Shown here piece by piece: positions 20,232 to 29,232 of a stretch of DNA of 64,000 bases. Both the position numbers and the translations under genes were made by a program. This DNA comes from Bacteroidales bacterium (lineage in GTDB: Bacteria; Bacteroidota; Bacteroidia; Bacteroidales; WCHB1-69): the NCBI GenBank assembly GCA_024400815.1, contig JAKSMD010000002.1, forward strand, positions 4,587-68,586, written 5' to 3'. The first letter of the stretch is position 1. Each line of letters begins with the position of its first letter. Under the pieces are notes generated by a model. The model was given only the letters and a program-made list of their open reading frames with translations. It did no database searches and was not told the origin of the DNA.

Positions 20232-20254
20232 GTTGTTGCTTAATATTCCTAACT
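20195..20254 (-). terminator. terminator of the MFS transporter gene, embedded in the coaE 3' end
   Basis: Perfect 11-bp arms GAGTTAGGAAT/ATTCCTAACTC plus inner 6-bp arms AAGCAA/TTGCTT. Followed on the minus strand by TTCATTTTT. Confidence 0.65.
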
Positions 20255-20290
20255 CTCCAACGGACCGACCGCTCATAGGCAGCAGTCTCT

Positions 20291-21538
20291 TTATTTTTCT
20301 TTATGTTCAATTTTGCAGCCTACTGTTGCAAAAAACATGATGTAGGCATAACTGACAAACAGCAATGCGTAGGCTGCATGTGGGTTAATGGCATCGCCCA
20401 GTTTGCCGTAAATCAACGGCATCACAGCGCCGCCAGCAATGGCCATAATCAACAATGCGGAACCGAATTCGGTATGTTCGCCTAAATCGTGAATAGAGAG
20501 CGGCCAGATAGCCGGCCACATGATAGCATGGGCAAAGCTCAAGCAGATGATAGCCGCGATGGAGAAAATTCCTGTTGTACAAAGTGCCACAATCACCAAA
20601 AGAACAGCAAGGCACAATTGAATAATCAAGGCATTGCGTTGTGAAATAACTTTCGGCACAAAGATGATACCGCAGAAGTAGCCAATCAACAAGGCAATCA
20701 ATGCATAAACGCCGAAATAGTGAGAAACATTGGTTGGAATGCCGTAATAGTCGCCATACGGAATCAAAGTATCAATAGCAATGACTTCAGCACCCACATA
20801 GAAGAAAATAGCCAGAATGCCAAGCCACAAATAGGGATAGCTGAAAATGCTGGTTTTCGTTTCTGATTTTTGGGATTCTTCCAATTGGATTTCTGGAAGT
20901 TTGGCCAACTTGACAAACATCACCAAGGCGATGAGCACCGCAGTCATGATGATATATGGGAAAATCACGCCATTGGAAAGTTGTTGCAAGAGGGCTTCTT
21001 TTTCAGGACCGGCAGGCGTATTGTTAATCTGTTCAAACAGATGTTCTTTGCCGGAGAAAAGGGCATTGTATAAAATCAAGATGCCGACCATACCGGCCAA
21101 TTTGTTGCAGACTCCCATGATGCTCATTCGGCGAGCGGCAGACTCAACGGGACCCAAAACCGTAACATACGGATTGCTGGCCGTTTGCAATAAAGAAAGA
21201 CCCACACCTTGGATAAACAAGCCCGTAAGGAAAATAGAATAACTGCGCAGTTTCGCGCCCGGAATAAACAGCATGCAGCCCACTGCCATGATAATCAAAC
21301 CCAGCGCCATTCCATTGCCATATCCCGTTTTCTTCAAAACATAAGAAGAGGGTATGGACATCACAAAGTAGGCGATGTAGAAAGCAAACGGAACCAAGTA
21401 CGCCTGCACCTGCGAAGTAAGTTCACAGGATGTTTTCATATAAGGGATTAAAATGTTGTTCAACCAGGTTACGAAGCCAAAAACAAAAAAGAGGGCTCCG
21501 ATTACGAACATACTGTAAGCAGTCTTTTTATTTTCCAT
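20291..21538 (-). CDS. sugar MFS transporter (FucP/GluP-like)
   Basis: 415 aa, 12 TM. The N-terminal pattern FFVFGFVTWLN..LIP is typical of glucose/galactose-fucose permeases. Confidence 0.8.
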   Translation of the reverse strand: MENKKTAYSMFVIGALFFVFGFVTWLNNILIPYMKTSCELTSQVQAYLVPFAFYIAYFVMSIPSSYVLKKTGYGNGMALGLIIMAVGCMLFIPGAKLRSYSIFLTGLFIQGVGLSLLQTASNPYVTVLGPVESAARRMSIMGVCNKLAGMVGILILYNALFSGKEHLFEQINNTPAGPEKEALLQQLSNGVIFPYIIMTAVLIALVMFVKLAKLPEIQLEESQKSETKTSIFSYPYLWLGILAIFFYVGAEVIAIDTLIPYGDYYGIPTNVSHYFGVYALIALLIGYFCGIIFVPKVISQRNALIIQLCLAVLLVIVALCTTGIFSIAAIICLSFAHAIMWPAIWPLSIHDLGEHTEFGSALLIMAIAGGAVMPLIYGKLGDAINPHAAYALLFVSYAYIMFFATVGCKIEHKEK

Positions 21539-21614
21539 AATTATTTCAATATTTCTATTTGATGTACTTCATTTATTCAGCATTCTAAGCATCTTATTCC
21601 TCTTGGGTATAGAT

Positions 21615-22271
21615 CTAGCAATCTCTAAGAGCAATGATTTCAGCTTCTGGATCTGGACTTCTAAACACTGCGCTACCTGCCACCACGGCATCAGCACCGG
21701 CCTTCACAATGTCCGCCACATTATCGCGGCAAACGCCTCCATCTACTTCAATCAAAGCTTCTGCTTTATTGCGTTTGATCATATCGCGCAAAGCTTCGAT
21801 TTTGCGCAAAGAGCGCTCGATGAATTTCTGTCCGCCAAAGCCCGGATTCACAGACATGATAAGCACGAGATTGACATCATTGATAATATCTTCCAAACCA
21901 GCCACAGGCGTATGCGGATTGAGGGCAACGCCAGCCAGCATGCCTTCTTCTTTGATTTGGGAAATCGTACGATGCAAATGCGTGCAAGCCTCCCAATGCA
22001 CGGTCAGCAAATCAGCACCTGCCTCCTTGAAGGTATGGATATAGCGTTCCGGTTGTTCAATCATCAAGTGAACGTCCAAAGGCTTTTCTGAAATCTTGCG
22101 GACGGCCTTCACGACTGGAATTCCAAAAGAGATGTTTGGCACGAACATGCCATCCATAATATCTAAGTGAATCCACTCTGCTTTGGATCGATTGAGCATT
22201 TGAACGTCTCTTTCTAAATTGCCGAAGTCGGCAGAAAGTAATGATGGAGCGATAATAGGTTGTTGTGTCAT
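21615..22271 (-). CDS. rpe: ribulose-phosphate 3-epimerase
   Basis: PSLLSADF, HLDIMDG and MSVNPGFGGQKF motifs. Confidence 0.95.
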   Translation of the reverse strand: MTQQPIIAPSLLSADFGNLERDVQMLNRSKAEWIHLDIMDGMFVPNISFGIPVVKAVRKISEKPLDVHLMIEQPERYIHTFKEAGADLLTVHWEACTHLHRTISQIKEEGMLAGVALNPHTPVAGLEDIINDVNLVLIMSVNPGFGGQKFIERSLRKIEALRDMIKRNKAEALIEVDGGVCRDNVADIVKAGADAVVAGSAVFRSPDPEAEIIALRDC

Positions 22272-22291
22272 AGATTTTTTATTTAGGGTGC

Positions 22292-22299
22292 AAAAGTAG
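22292..22299 (-). promoter_or_regulatory. -7 box TACTTTTG upstream of rpe
   Basis: One arm of a 13-bp inverted repeat, followed by CACCC. Confidence 0.55.
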
Positions 22300-22310
22300 T
22301 AAAATTTCGT

Positions 22311-22318
22311 ACTTTTGC
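22311..22318 (+). promoter_or_regulatory. -7 box TACTTTTG upstream of apbC/mrp
   Basis: The other arm of the inverted repeat. 28 nt to ATG 22346. Confidence 0.55.
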
Positions 22319-22345
22319 ACCCCGAAATTGAAAATTATAAAAACT

Positions 22346-23167
22346 ATGTCAGAATGTAATCACGACTGCGAACATTGCAGTCATGCTAATTGCGAAAAAA
22401 AGGACTTGCGCGAAAAGCCAAATCCCAAAAGTGATATTAAAAAAGTCATCGGTATTGTCAGCGGTAAAGGTGGCGTGGGCAAAAGTTCCGTTACCTCTTT
22501 GTTGGCTGTCCAACTGCGTAAAAAAGGTTACCGTGTAGGTATCCTCGATGCCGACATCACAGGACCTTCTATTCCGAAGATGTTCAATTTGCACGAAATC
22601 ATCTCCGGCTGCGAAGATGGTGTTTTTCCTGCAGAAACCGAAAGCGGCATCCAAGTAATTTCCGCAAACTTGCTCACCCATGATGAAAAAACGCCGGTCA
22701 TCTGGCGCGGACCTCTGATTGCCGGTATGGTCAAACAATTCTGGACCGAAGTGATCTGGGATAAAATCGACTTCCTTTTGGTCGATATGCCTCCCGGAAC
22801 TGGCGATGTTCCATTGACCGTCTTTCAAAGTATGGCTGTGGACGGCATCATCATGGTGACATCTCCACAAGACTTGGTTTCCTTAATTGTCAGCAAGGCC
22901 GTCAATATGGCCGGCATGATGGAAATCCCCGTTTTGGGTTTGGTGGAAAATTACAGCTATATCCAATGCCCGCACTGCAATGAGAGAATCAGCGTCTTCG
23001 GCGAAAGTCACGCTGCCGAAGTAGCGCAAGAGTTCAACCTTAAACTGCTCGCCCAAATGCCTATCGACCCTGAAATCGCTAAGTTGGCAGATAAAGGTGA
23101 AATCGAAAAAGCGGATGTAGACTACCTCGACAATGTCATCGACATGTTAGAAAGTATGGAAGCGTAA
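22346..23167 (+). CDS. apbC: Mrp/NBP35 (ApbC) Fe-S cluster carrier ATPase
   Basis: N-terminal Cys/His-rich segment, SGKGGVGKS deviant Walker A, and CPHC motif. Start trimmed from TTG 22328 to ATG 22346. Confidence 0.9.
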   Translation: MSECNHDCEHCSHANCEKKDLREKPNPKSDIKKVIGIVSGKGGVGKSSVTSLLAVQLRKKGYRVGILDADITGPSIPKMFNLHEIISGCEDGVFPAETESGIQVISANLLTHDEKTPVIWRGPLIAGMVKQFWTEVIWDKIDFLLVDMPPGTGDVPLTVFQSMAVDGIIMVTSPQDLVSLIVSKAVNMAGMMEIPVLGLVENYSYIQCPHCNERISVFGESHAAEVAQEFNLKLLAQMPIDPEIAKLADKGEIEKADVDYLDNVIDMLESMEA

Positions 23168-23197
23168 GCTATCCGCAAACGCATCTACGCCCATCTT

Positions 23198-23227
23198 AAA
23201 ACCCCGGCAAATTGTCGGGGTTTTATT
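23198..23227 (+). terminator. rho-independent terminator after apbC/mrp
   Basis: AAAACCCCG-loop-CGGGGTTTT. Confidence 0.8.
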
Positions 23228-23268
23228 CATAACCAAACATCTATTCATCAACACTGAAGCAATTTTAT

Positions 23269-23571
23269 ATGCTTAAAATAAATCACACAAAAGAAGGGAC
23301 AATACTCTATTTGAATTTAGTTGGGGAAGTTAACAGCAACACGGCCCATATTTTGGACGATGCCTTTAACAATATCGACCAAGATACTCAGGAAGTTGTT
23401 TTAGACCTTTCCGAACTGACTTTCATTTCATCTATGGGATTGCGGTCTTTGCTGAAAGCGCAAAAAATGTTAGATGCGAATGGTGGAAAACTTAGCGCCA
23501 CCCATGTCTCGCCCAACATTTTATCCACCCTTGAAATGGTCAATTTCACAGACTTTATCCTTATTAAATAA
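23269..23571 (+). CDS. STAS domain protein (anti-sigma-factor antagonist, SpoIIAA/RsbV-like)
   Basis: 100 aa. The DLSELTFISSMGLRSLL loop corresponds to the phospho-serine loop of SpoIIAA. Confidence 0.8.
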   Translation: MLKINHTKEGTILYLNLVGEVNSNTAHILDDAFNNIDQDTQEVVLDLSELTFISSMGLRSLLKAQKMLDANGGKLSATHVSPNILSTLEMVNFTDFILIK

Positions 23572-23577
23572 AATCCC

Positions 23578-25320
23578 ATGAAATCCAAGGCGTATTCCAT
23601 ACGGATGCATCGCAACACGTCTTTAACAGACAGCAGTATCAAAAGTACTCTAATTGCTGCCGTACTCACTTCATTGGCCCCCGTGATAGCCTCCTTGGTC
23701 GATGGCATTTTCGCGAGCAATCTCATTAGCCAGGATGCTTTTTCCGCCATCTGCCTTGTTGTCCCATTAGCCCGCATCATCACCGTTATGATTTTGGTTT
23801 GCCATATGGGTGCAAACATTTTGGCCGCAAGGCAATTAGGAAAACGCGAAATTCGTACTGCGCAAAGTTATTTTTCAGTTGCTCTATGGTCATCGCTGGC
23901 AATCGGATTGCTGGCCTTCGGAATCATATTTGCAGATATCCAACACATTGGACCCTTGCTTACTCATAGTCCCATTCTATTGCCCATGGTGGAAGACTAT
24001 CTACGCATTATGGCCATCAATTTTCCCGTTGTCGCCATTGCATCCACCCTCAATTTCTTCATTTCTGGAGAAGGTTATCCTCAGCGAACATCTCGTATTG
24101 TATTGATATCCAGCATTTCAAATATTCTGTTCGACTATCTTTTCATTGCTGTTTTAGGAATGGGCATTACCGGGGCGGCCTGGGGAACCGTTATTTCCAG
24201 TTTGCTCAATGTATTTCTGCATCTGCCATTTCTATTTTCAGGAAAAAGCAGTTACCGCATCGTCCGAACCGCTCACGAAACCCTGCCGCTGCTAAAAGAT
24301 AGCGTAATACAAGGTTTTGCCTTCAACATTATAAATATTACCCTCAATGTGTTCTTAATGCTTGCCAATGGACTCATGGAAAAACAATTAGGACCTGATA
24401 ATTTCTATCAATGGGCCATTTGTTTACAGATGCAAATGTTCATGATCTGCATTTGTAGCGGCAGCGTCGCTGGTTCCATCTATTTGGGCAACACTCTATT
24501 AGGCGAAGGAGACCACAGCGGCGTGCGGACCGTTGTAAACCGATTACTGCAAATGCATGTCATCGTTTACCTTTCGCTCGTAATTTTAATGACGGCCGCC
24601 CCAAGTATTTTCACTTCCATCTTCGGCGTCCGAGGAGCAGAACTATCCACCGCCTGCAGATTCCCATTTTTCTGCTTTTCGCTTTATTTTATGGGCTATT
24701 GCTTTGTTTGTGCCTATACCAACATTTTCCAAATGATGGGATATGTTAGAGAGAAAATCATCTTTATCATTGGCTTCTCTCTGGTTGTGTTTATTTTCAT
24801 TTGGTTAGGATCGCTCATCCATGTAACTTGGATGTGGGCAGGATTTCCCATAGGCGCCCTAATTGTTGTGGCCTCCTCTATGCTATTTGCCTATCGAGAA
24901 CACTGCAAAAATCGTGGTCTCACACGCTTTACTTTGCAGCAAACCCGGCCCACAAATGTAAATATGGATTGCTCGGTTCCATACCAAAAATCAGCCTTAG
25001 ACATCCTCTGCAATAAAATCAAACAATTTTCTTATCTATCTGAAATGCCAGAAGATAAAACATGTGAATTAGTTGAATATTGCTACCGTCTCATGACTTA
25101 TGTTATAGAAGCACCGCATAATCCATCTTTGAAATATTTTGACTTCAAGATGATTTACGACACCGATACGAAAAGACCAACCCTGCTGGCGGTCTTAAAA
25201 ACGGCCGGAAAACCCATGAATCCGACGAAAGAGGTTCCAAGTCCAACCTCAATCCAAGCGAAAATCGATTATCGATATGGCTATGGATTGAATATTACGC
25301 TCCTTCGTTGGGAAATCTAA
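23578..25320 (+). CDS. MATE/MOP-superfamily membrane protein fused to a ~130-aa degenerate GHKL (SpoIIAB/RsbW-like) cytoplasmic domain
   Basis: The first ~440 aa show 12 TM helices with a MATE-like N-terminus. Residues ~445-580 align by eye, colinearly, with SpoIIAB but lack the N-box Asn and G1 Asp. Confidence 0.7.
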   Translation: MKSKAYSIRMHRNTSLTDSSIKSTLIAAVLTSLAPVIASLVDGIFASNLISQDAFSAICLVVPLARIITVMILVCHMGANILAARQLGKREIRTAQSYFSVALWSSLAIGLLAFGIIFADIQHIGPLLTHSPILLPMVEDYLRIMAINFPVVAIASTLNFFISGEGYPQRTSRIVLISSISNILFDYLFIAVLGMGITGAAWGTVISSLLNVFLHLPFLFSGKSSYRIVRTAHETLPLLKDSVIQGFAFNIINITLNVFLMLANGLMEKQLGPDNFYQWAICLQMQMFMICICSGSVAGSIYLGNTLLGEGDHSGVRTVVNRLLQMHVIVYLSLVILMTAAPSIFTSIFGVRGAELSTACRFPFFCFSLYFMGYCFVCAYTNIFQMMGYVREKIIFIIGFSLVVFIFIWLGSLIHVTWMWAGFPIGALIVVASSMLFAYREHCKNRGLTRFTLQQTRPTNVNMDCSVPYQKSALDILCNKIKQFSYLSEMPEDKTCELVEYCYRLMTYVIEAPHNPSLKYFDFKMIYDTDTKRPTLLAVLKTAGKPMNPTKEVPSPTSIQAKIDYRYGYGLNITLLRWEI

Positions 25321-27041
25321 TCTCTTCGTTTTTCACCCTTGGCTGCTTCGCTGACATTGATGACGTAATCGCCCAATTTCTCATACAACGCATACAAGCC
25401 GCTGTAGGCCGTACCAATTGCATAATCGTAGGTGTTGTTCTTCAACGCCTCCAAGTGCTGCGCGCGCAGCTGGTCACGATACTGGTTGATGGCATCTTCC
25501 GCTTCGTAGGCCTTGTCCAACTTCGCATGCTCATATTCACCACGGAGATTGGCATCCATCACATCCAATGCCTGCTGCACCAATTGCGTCATCTGTTCGA
25601 GATTATCATTCAAATCCTGCGAAAAATGCACGGCATCTTCGCGTTTGTTCTTGCGAGTGACGGCGATCTGATAAATCGCATCGCCTATGCTCTCCAAATT
25701 ATCCACGATGCGCAACATCGCGCTAATGCGTTGAGAACCTTCCGTGGACATACCTCCCGCTGAAACATGCGTAAGATACTGCGCGATTTCAGACTCCATA
25801 CGGTCCGTGATTTCCTCATATTTTTCAATACGGGCGACAGCATCGTTGAACTCCTCCTCTTTTTGCGCCGTACGCAATAAAGGTAGAAAACCATACATCC
25901 GAAGCACGCGTGTCGAAAACTGTTCGATTTCCTGCTTTGCCGACTGAATATTCAACTCCGTGGTTTTCATCCAATTGCCCGGAATATATTGCAAGCGGAA
26001 TTCATCTTCCTGTTCAGACTCCTTCGTAGGCACCATCCAATTGACAATCTTGATGATTTGCGGAATAAACCAAGCCAAGATAATTGTATTCACCACATTG
26101 AAAAAGGTGTGGAAAATAGACAATGCCAACGGTATAGCTTCGGGAGAGTAGTTGGCAGCTCCCACTGCTGTGTATGGGTCTGCCTGCAGCATACCTGTAG
26201 TCATCAGGGCAATGAGATTCAGCACTGGGCGGAATACAATCAATGTAAATATCACGCCGACCACATTGAAAACCAAGTGCGCGCGGGCGGCCTTTTTACC
26301 AGCCGTATTGGCAACCATTGCTGCCAAGTTCGCGGTAATCGTCGTACCGATGTTCTGTCCCATCACCAATGCCACGGCCATGTCAAAGCCGATCCAGCCC
26401 TTATAGCACATCACCAGCGTGATAGCCATCATTGCGGCTGAGGCCTGCACCAAACAAGTGAGCAGCGCGCCGACGAGCACGAACAGCAGCACGGACCAGA
26501 ATCCATATTGCGAAAGGCTGGCAATGGCCTCCAAAAAACGAGGATATTCTTCCAGATTCGGCATGGCCGACTGCAGCAAGTTCATGCCTATCAGCAGCAA
26601 AGCCAGTCCCATTATAAAACCGCCTGTAGATTGGACTTTGTCTTTTTTTGAAAAGAGCAGTGCCAACGATATAACGCCTAAAAGCATCGGCAAGCTGAAG
26701 GCCGAAGAGGTTTCTCCCAAGCCGAACAGCGTGATAATCCACGCCGTAATCGTCGTGCCGATATTGGCGCCCATGATAACGGCCACTGCGCCCGCCAACG
26801 AGAGAAGGCCGGCGTTGACAAAGCTGACCACCATCACCGTAGTTGCAGAAGAGGACTGCACCGCAATGGTGACGCCAGCACCCGTCAAAATGCTGCGCAA
26901 GGGATTATTGGTGATTTTGCCTAAAATAGAACGCATCCCATTTCCGGCGATTTGTTGCAGGGAATCGCTCATCAGTTTCATGGCAAACAGAAAAACGGCA
27001 AGCGCCCCTATAAAGTTGATTATGATAAACAATACATTCAT
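25317..27041 (-). CDS. Na/Pi cotransporter family protein with PhoU-like C-terminal domain
   Basis: Two NaPi-II repeats (GANIGTTITA, GQNIGTTITAN) followed by about 220 aa of helical PhoU-like sequence. Confidence 0.85.
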   Translation of the reverse strand: MNVLFIIINFIGALAVFLFAMKLMSDSLQQIAGNGMRSILGKITNNPLRSILTGAGVTIAVQSSSATTVMVVSFVNAGLLSLAGAVAVIMGANIGTTITAWIITLFGLGETSSAFSLPMLLGVISLALLFSKKDKVQSTGGFIMGLALLLIGMNLLQSAMPNLEEYPRFLEAIASLSQYGFWSVLLFVLVGALLTCLVQASAAMMAITLVMCYKGWIGFDMAVALVMGQNIGTTITANLAAMVANTAGKKAARAHLVFNVVGVIFTLIVFRPVLNLIALMTTGMLQADPYTAVGAANYSPEAIPLALSIFHTFFNVVNTIILAWFIPQIIKIVNWMVPTKESEQEDEFRLQYIPGNWMKTTELNIQSAKQEIEQFSTRVLRMYGFLPLLRTAQKEEEFNDAVARIEKYEEITDRMESEIAQYLTHVSAGGMSTEGSQRISAMLRIVDNLESIGDAIYQIAVTRKNKREDAVHFSQDLNDNLEQMTQLVQQALDVMDANLRGEYEHAKLDKAYEAEDAINQYRDQLRAQHLEALKNNTYDYAIGTAYSGLYALYEKLGDYVINVSEAAKGEKRRD

Positions 27042-27063
27042 ATTCTTGCAAAATTTTCGGGTG

Positions 27064-27071
27064 CAAAATTA
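27064..27071 (-). promoter_or_regulatory. -7 box TAATTTTG upstream of the Na/Pi cotransporter gene
   Basis: TAnnTTTG followed by CACCCG, 23 nt to the ATG. Confidence 0.5.
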
Positions 27072-27186
27072 GCATTGTTTTAGACTGCTAAAACAACGAT
27101 TTCATCATTTAACCAATTTGTAACATCAATACTTCCTTTTAACCGAAAAGTAACATAAATCAACCGGAAGATGTCGAATTATATTG

Positions 27187-27194
27187 TATTTTTG
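27187..27194 (+). promoter_or_regulatory. -7 box TATTTTTG upstream of the response regulator gene
   Basis: TAnnTTTG followed by CCGCC, 20 nt to ATG 27214. Confidence 0.55.
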
Positions 27195-27213
27195 CCGCCT
27201 TATTCTCCATTTC

Positions 27214-27891
27214 ATGCATGAAATTCTGATTGTAGAAGACGACCCCGATGTACGCGAAATCCTGGCTTTCAACATTGATAATGCCGGATATGCCACTATT
27301 GCCGTCTCTTCGGCAGAAAAAGGCCTTGACAGACTTAGTTCGAAAACATCGCTTATCCTGTTGGATGTCATGCTGCCCGGCATTTCGGGTTACCAATTCG
27401 CACAAAAAATCCGCAACGAATTGCGTAACAACACGCCCATCATTTTCCTAACGGCCAAATCAGAAGAGAAAGACCTCTTGGCTGGGTTCAATGCTGGCGG
27501 CGACGACTACATCTCCAAGCCGTTCTCCATCAACGTGCTGCTTGCCCGCATCAAGGCCGTATTAAAAAGATACGATGCAACCGCTCCCACTCAAGATAAG
27601 GTCTACCAACACAACGACTTAATAGTCGATGCCGTTCAGAAGACTGTACTGCTTCATGGGAAAAGCATAGAATTGTCGCGCAAGGAGTTTGACATTCTCA
27701 CGCTGCTTTGCGCCAACCCGGGAACCTATTTTTCACGCACCACCATCATTGCCGAACTGTGGAAAGACGCACCCTACGTACTTGACCGAACAGTAGATGT
27801 CCACATTGCCCGAATCCGAACAAAAATGGGCGATTACAGAGATTTCATAAAAAACAGAGTCGGCTTCGGCTACTATATTGAAAAAGCATAA
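27214..27891 (+). CDS. OmpR-family response regulator
   Basis: Receiver domain (ILIVEDD, LLDVMLPG, phospho-Asp context) plus a winged-helix output (TVDVHIARIRTKM). Start trimmed to the ATG 20 nt downstream of a -7 box. Confidence 0.9.
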   Translation: MHEILIVEDDPDVREILAFNIDNAGYATIAVSSAEKGLDRLSSKTSLILLDVMLPGISGYQFAQKIRNELRNNTPIIFLTAKSEEKDLLAGFNAGGDDYISKPFSINVLLARIKAVLKRYDATAPTQDKVYQHNDLIVDAVQKTVLLHGKSIELSRKEFDILTLLCANPGTYFSRTTIIAELWKDAPYVLDRTVDVHIARIRTKMGDYRDFIKNRVGFGYYIEKA

Positions 27892-29150
27892 TGTCGTACA
27901 AGAAAAAACTCATCCTCATTTTTGCCACCGTATTCAGTTTCTGCTCTACCGCCATGATTGCCATAGAGTACCAAACCGAGTACCACTACAAACGTTCCCT
28001 GCTCCAATCCAATCTTGAAGTGTACGCTGATATGATTGCCAAGCAGGATTCGGTTTCACAGATGCTGTCCTTGCTGCCGGAGAAATTGCGTATCACCATT
28101 CTAGACATCACCGGAATGGTTTATTACGACAGCTACAGCGCTGCATCTACGATGGAGAACCATTTTTCCAGACCTGAGATACAATCCTGTATGAAAAAAA
28201 AGGACGGCTACTGCATTCGATATTCCGAGACAGCAGGACAGAAATATTTGTATTACGCTAAAAAATATGCAGCGCAAAAACGCATCATTCGCGTGGCCCT
28301 ACCTTTTGAAGTTCGTATGAAAGACTATTTCCGTCCCGACTGGTTCCTCTGGTTGGAAATCGCCCTGTTCTTCTGTACGATCTTCTTGTTATTCATATTA
28401 TTATCAAACAGATACAGTCGAAAAATCGCCTTAAAGGAGGAAGAGAACCAACGCACCTTAAAGCATCAGATGACCTCCAACATCGCCCACGAGCTGCGAA
28501 CGCCCGTAAGCAGCATCCGCGGTTATTTGGAAACATTAGTGAACCATCCGCAGATAGACAGCGAAAAGAGAGAGCTTTTTTTGGAGCGCTCCTACCTGCA
28601 GACCATACGCTTGTCGGACCTCATTCGCGATATCGCATTGATTACCAAGATTGAAGAGTCGCCAGAACTTTTCCCTATTGAAACCATCGACATGAAAATC
28701 GTGGTTGAGGAAGTGCTTGACGAGTTCAAAGAGGCGCTCACGCAACATCAAATCCAAGTTGAAAACGAGATCACGCAAAACGCAGCGCTCCAAGGCAACT
28801 ATCCGCTACTGTATGCCCTCATACGCAACCTGGTAGAAAATTCCATCAAATACAGCGGAAAGAACACCACGATTCATATTGACTGCACCAAGAAGAAAAC
28901 GCATTGGCAATTCACCTATTACGATACCGGTTTGGGCACACGAGAAGAAGACCTGCCGCACATTTTCGAGCGTTTTTATCGCTCGTCGCAACAGACGGCC
29001 GCAACCAATGACGGTTCCGGACTGGGGCTTTCCATCGTGCGCAATGCGGTGGTATTCCATCACGGCGAAATCACCGCCCAAAACCGCAAAGAGGGAGGAC
29101 TGATATTTGTCTTCACCCTTGCAGTGGAATTAGGAATGAGAGCATCGTAA
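27891..29150 (+). CDS. sensor histidine kinase (two TM helices, periplasmic sensor domain)
   Basis: H-box [11 protein letters not shown]-box [10 protein letters not shown], and G-boxes DTGLG and GSGLGLSIV. Start overlaps the regulator stop (TAATG). Confidence 0.9.
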   Translation: MSYKKKLILIFATVFSFCSTAMIAIEYQTEYHYKRSLLQSNLEVYADMIAKQDSVSQMLSLLPEKLRITILDITGMVYYDSYSAASTMENHFSRPEIQSCMKKKDGYCIRYSETAGQKYLYYAKKYAAQKRIIRVALPFEVRMKDYFRPDWFLWLEIALFFCTIFLLFILLSNRYSRKIALKEEENQRTLKHQMTSNIAHELRTPVSSIRGYLETLVNHPQIDSEKRELFLERSYLQTIRLSDLIRDIALITKIEESPELFPIETIDMKIVVEEVLDEFKEALTQHQIQVENEITQNAALQGNYPLLYALIRNLVENSIKYSGKNTTIHIDCTKKKTHWQFTYYDTGLGTREEDLPHIFERFYRSSQQTAATNDGSGLGLSIVRNAVVFHHGEITAQNRKEGGLIFVFTLAVELGMRAS

Positions 29151-29202
29151 TATATGCCGTGATTCCGTCACCGACAGGCCACCATCCTATCTTATTTTTT
29201 AT

Positions 29203-29210
29203 TATCTTTG
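29203..29210 (+). promoter_or_regulatory. -7 box TATCTTTG upstream of thyA
   Basis: A T-run, then TATCTTTG-CCGCC, 23 nt to the ATG. Confidence 0.55.
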
Positions 29211-29232
29211 CCGCCTACAAAAAAACAGCAGA

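Larger units (their letters stand above)
22287..22323. repeat. 13-bp perfect inverted repeat GGGTGCAAAAGTA-N11-TACTTTTGCACCC
   Basis: Read directly from the sequence. Each arm is a -7 box plus its GC-rich flank, for divergent rpe and apbC. Confidence 0.85.

Noticed and set aside
22260-22272. Apparent 1-nt mismatch between my hand indexing of the rpe start codon (CAT read at 22270-22272) and the ORF-track start (22271).
   Set aside because: This is most likely my own counting or reading error on one line, because neighbouring track coordinates checked out exactly. I kept the track coordinate and flag that hand-located motif positions may be off by 1-2 nt.
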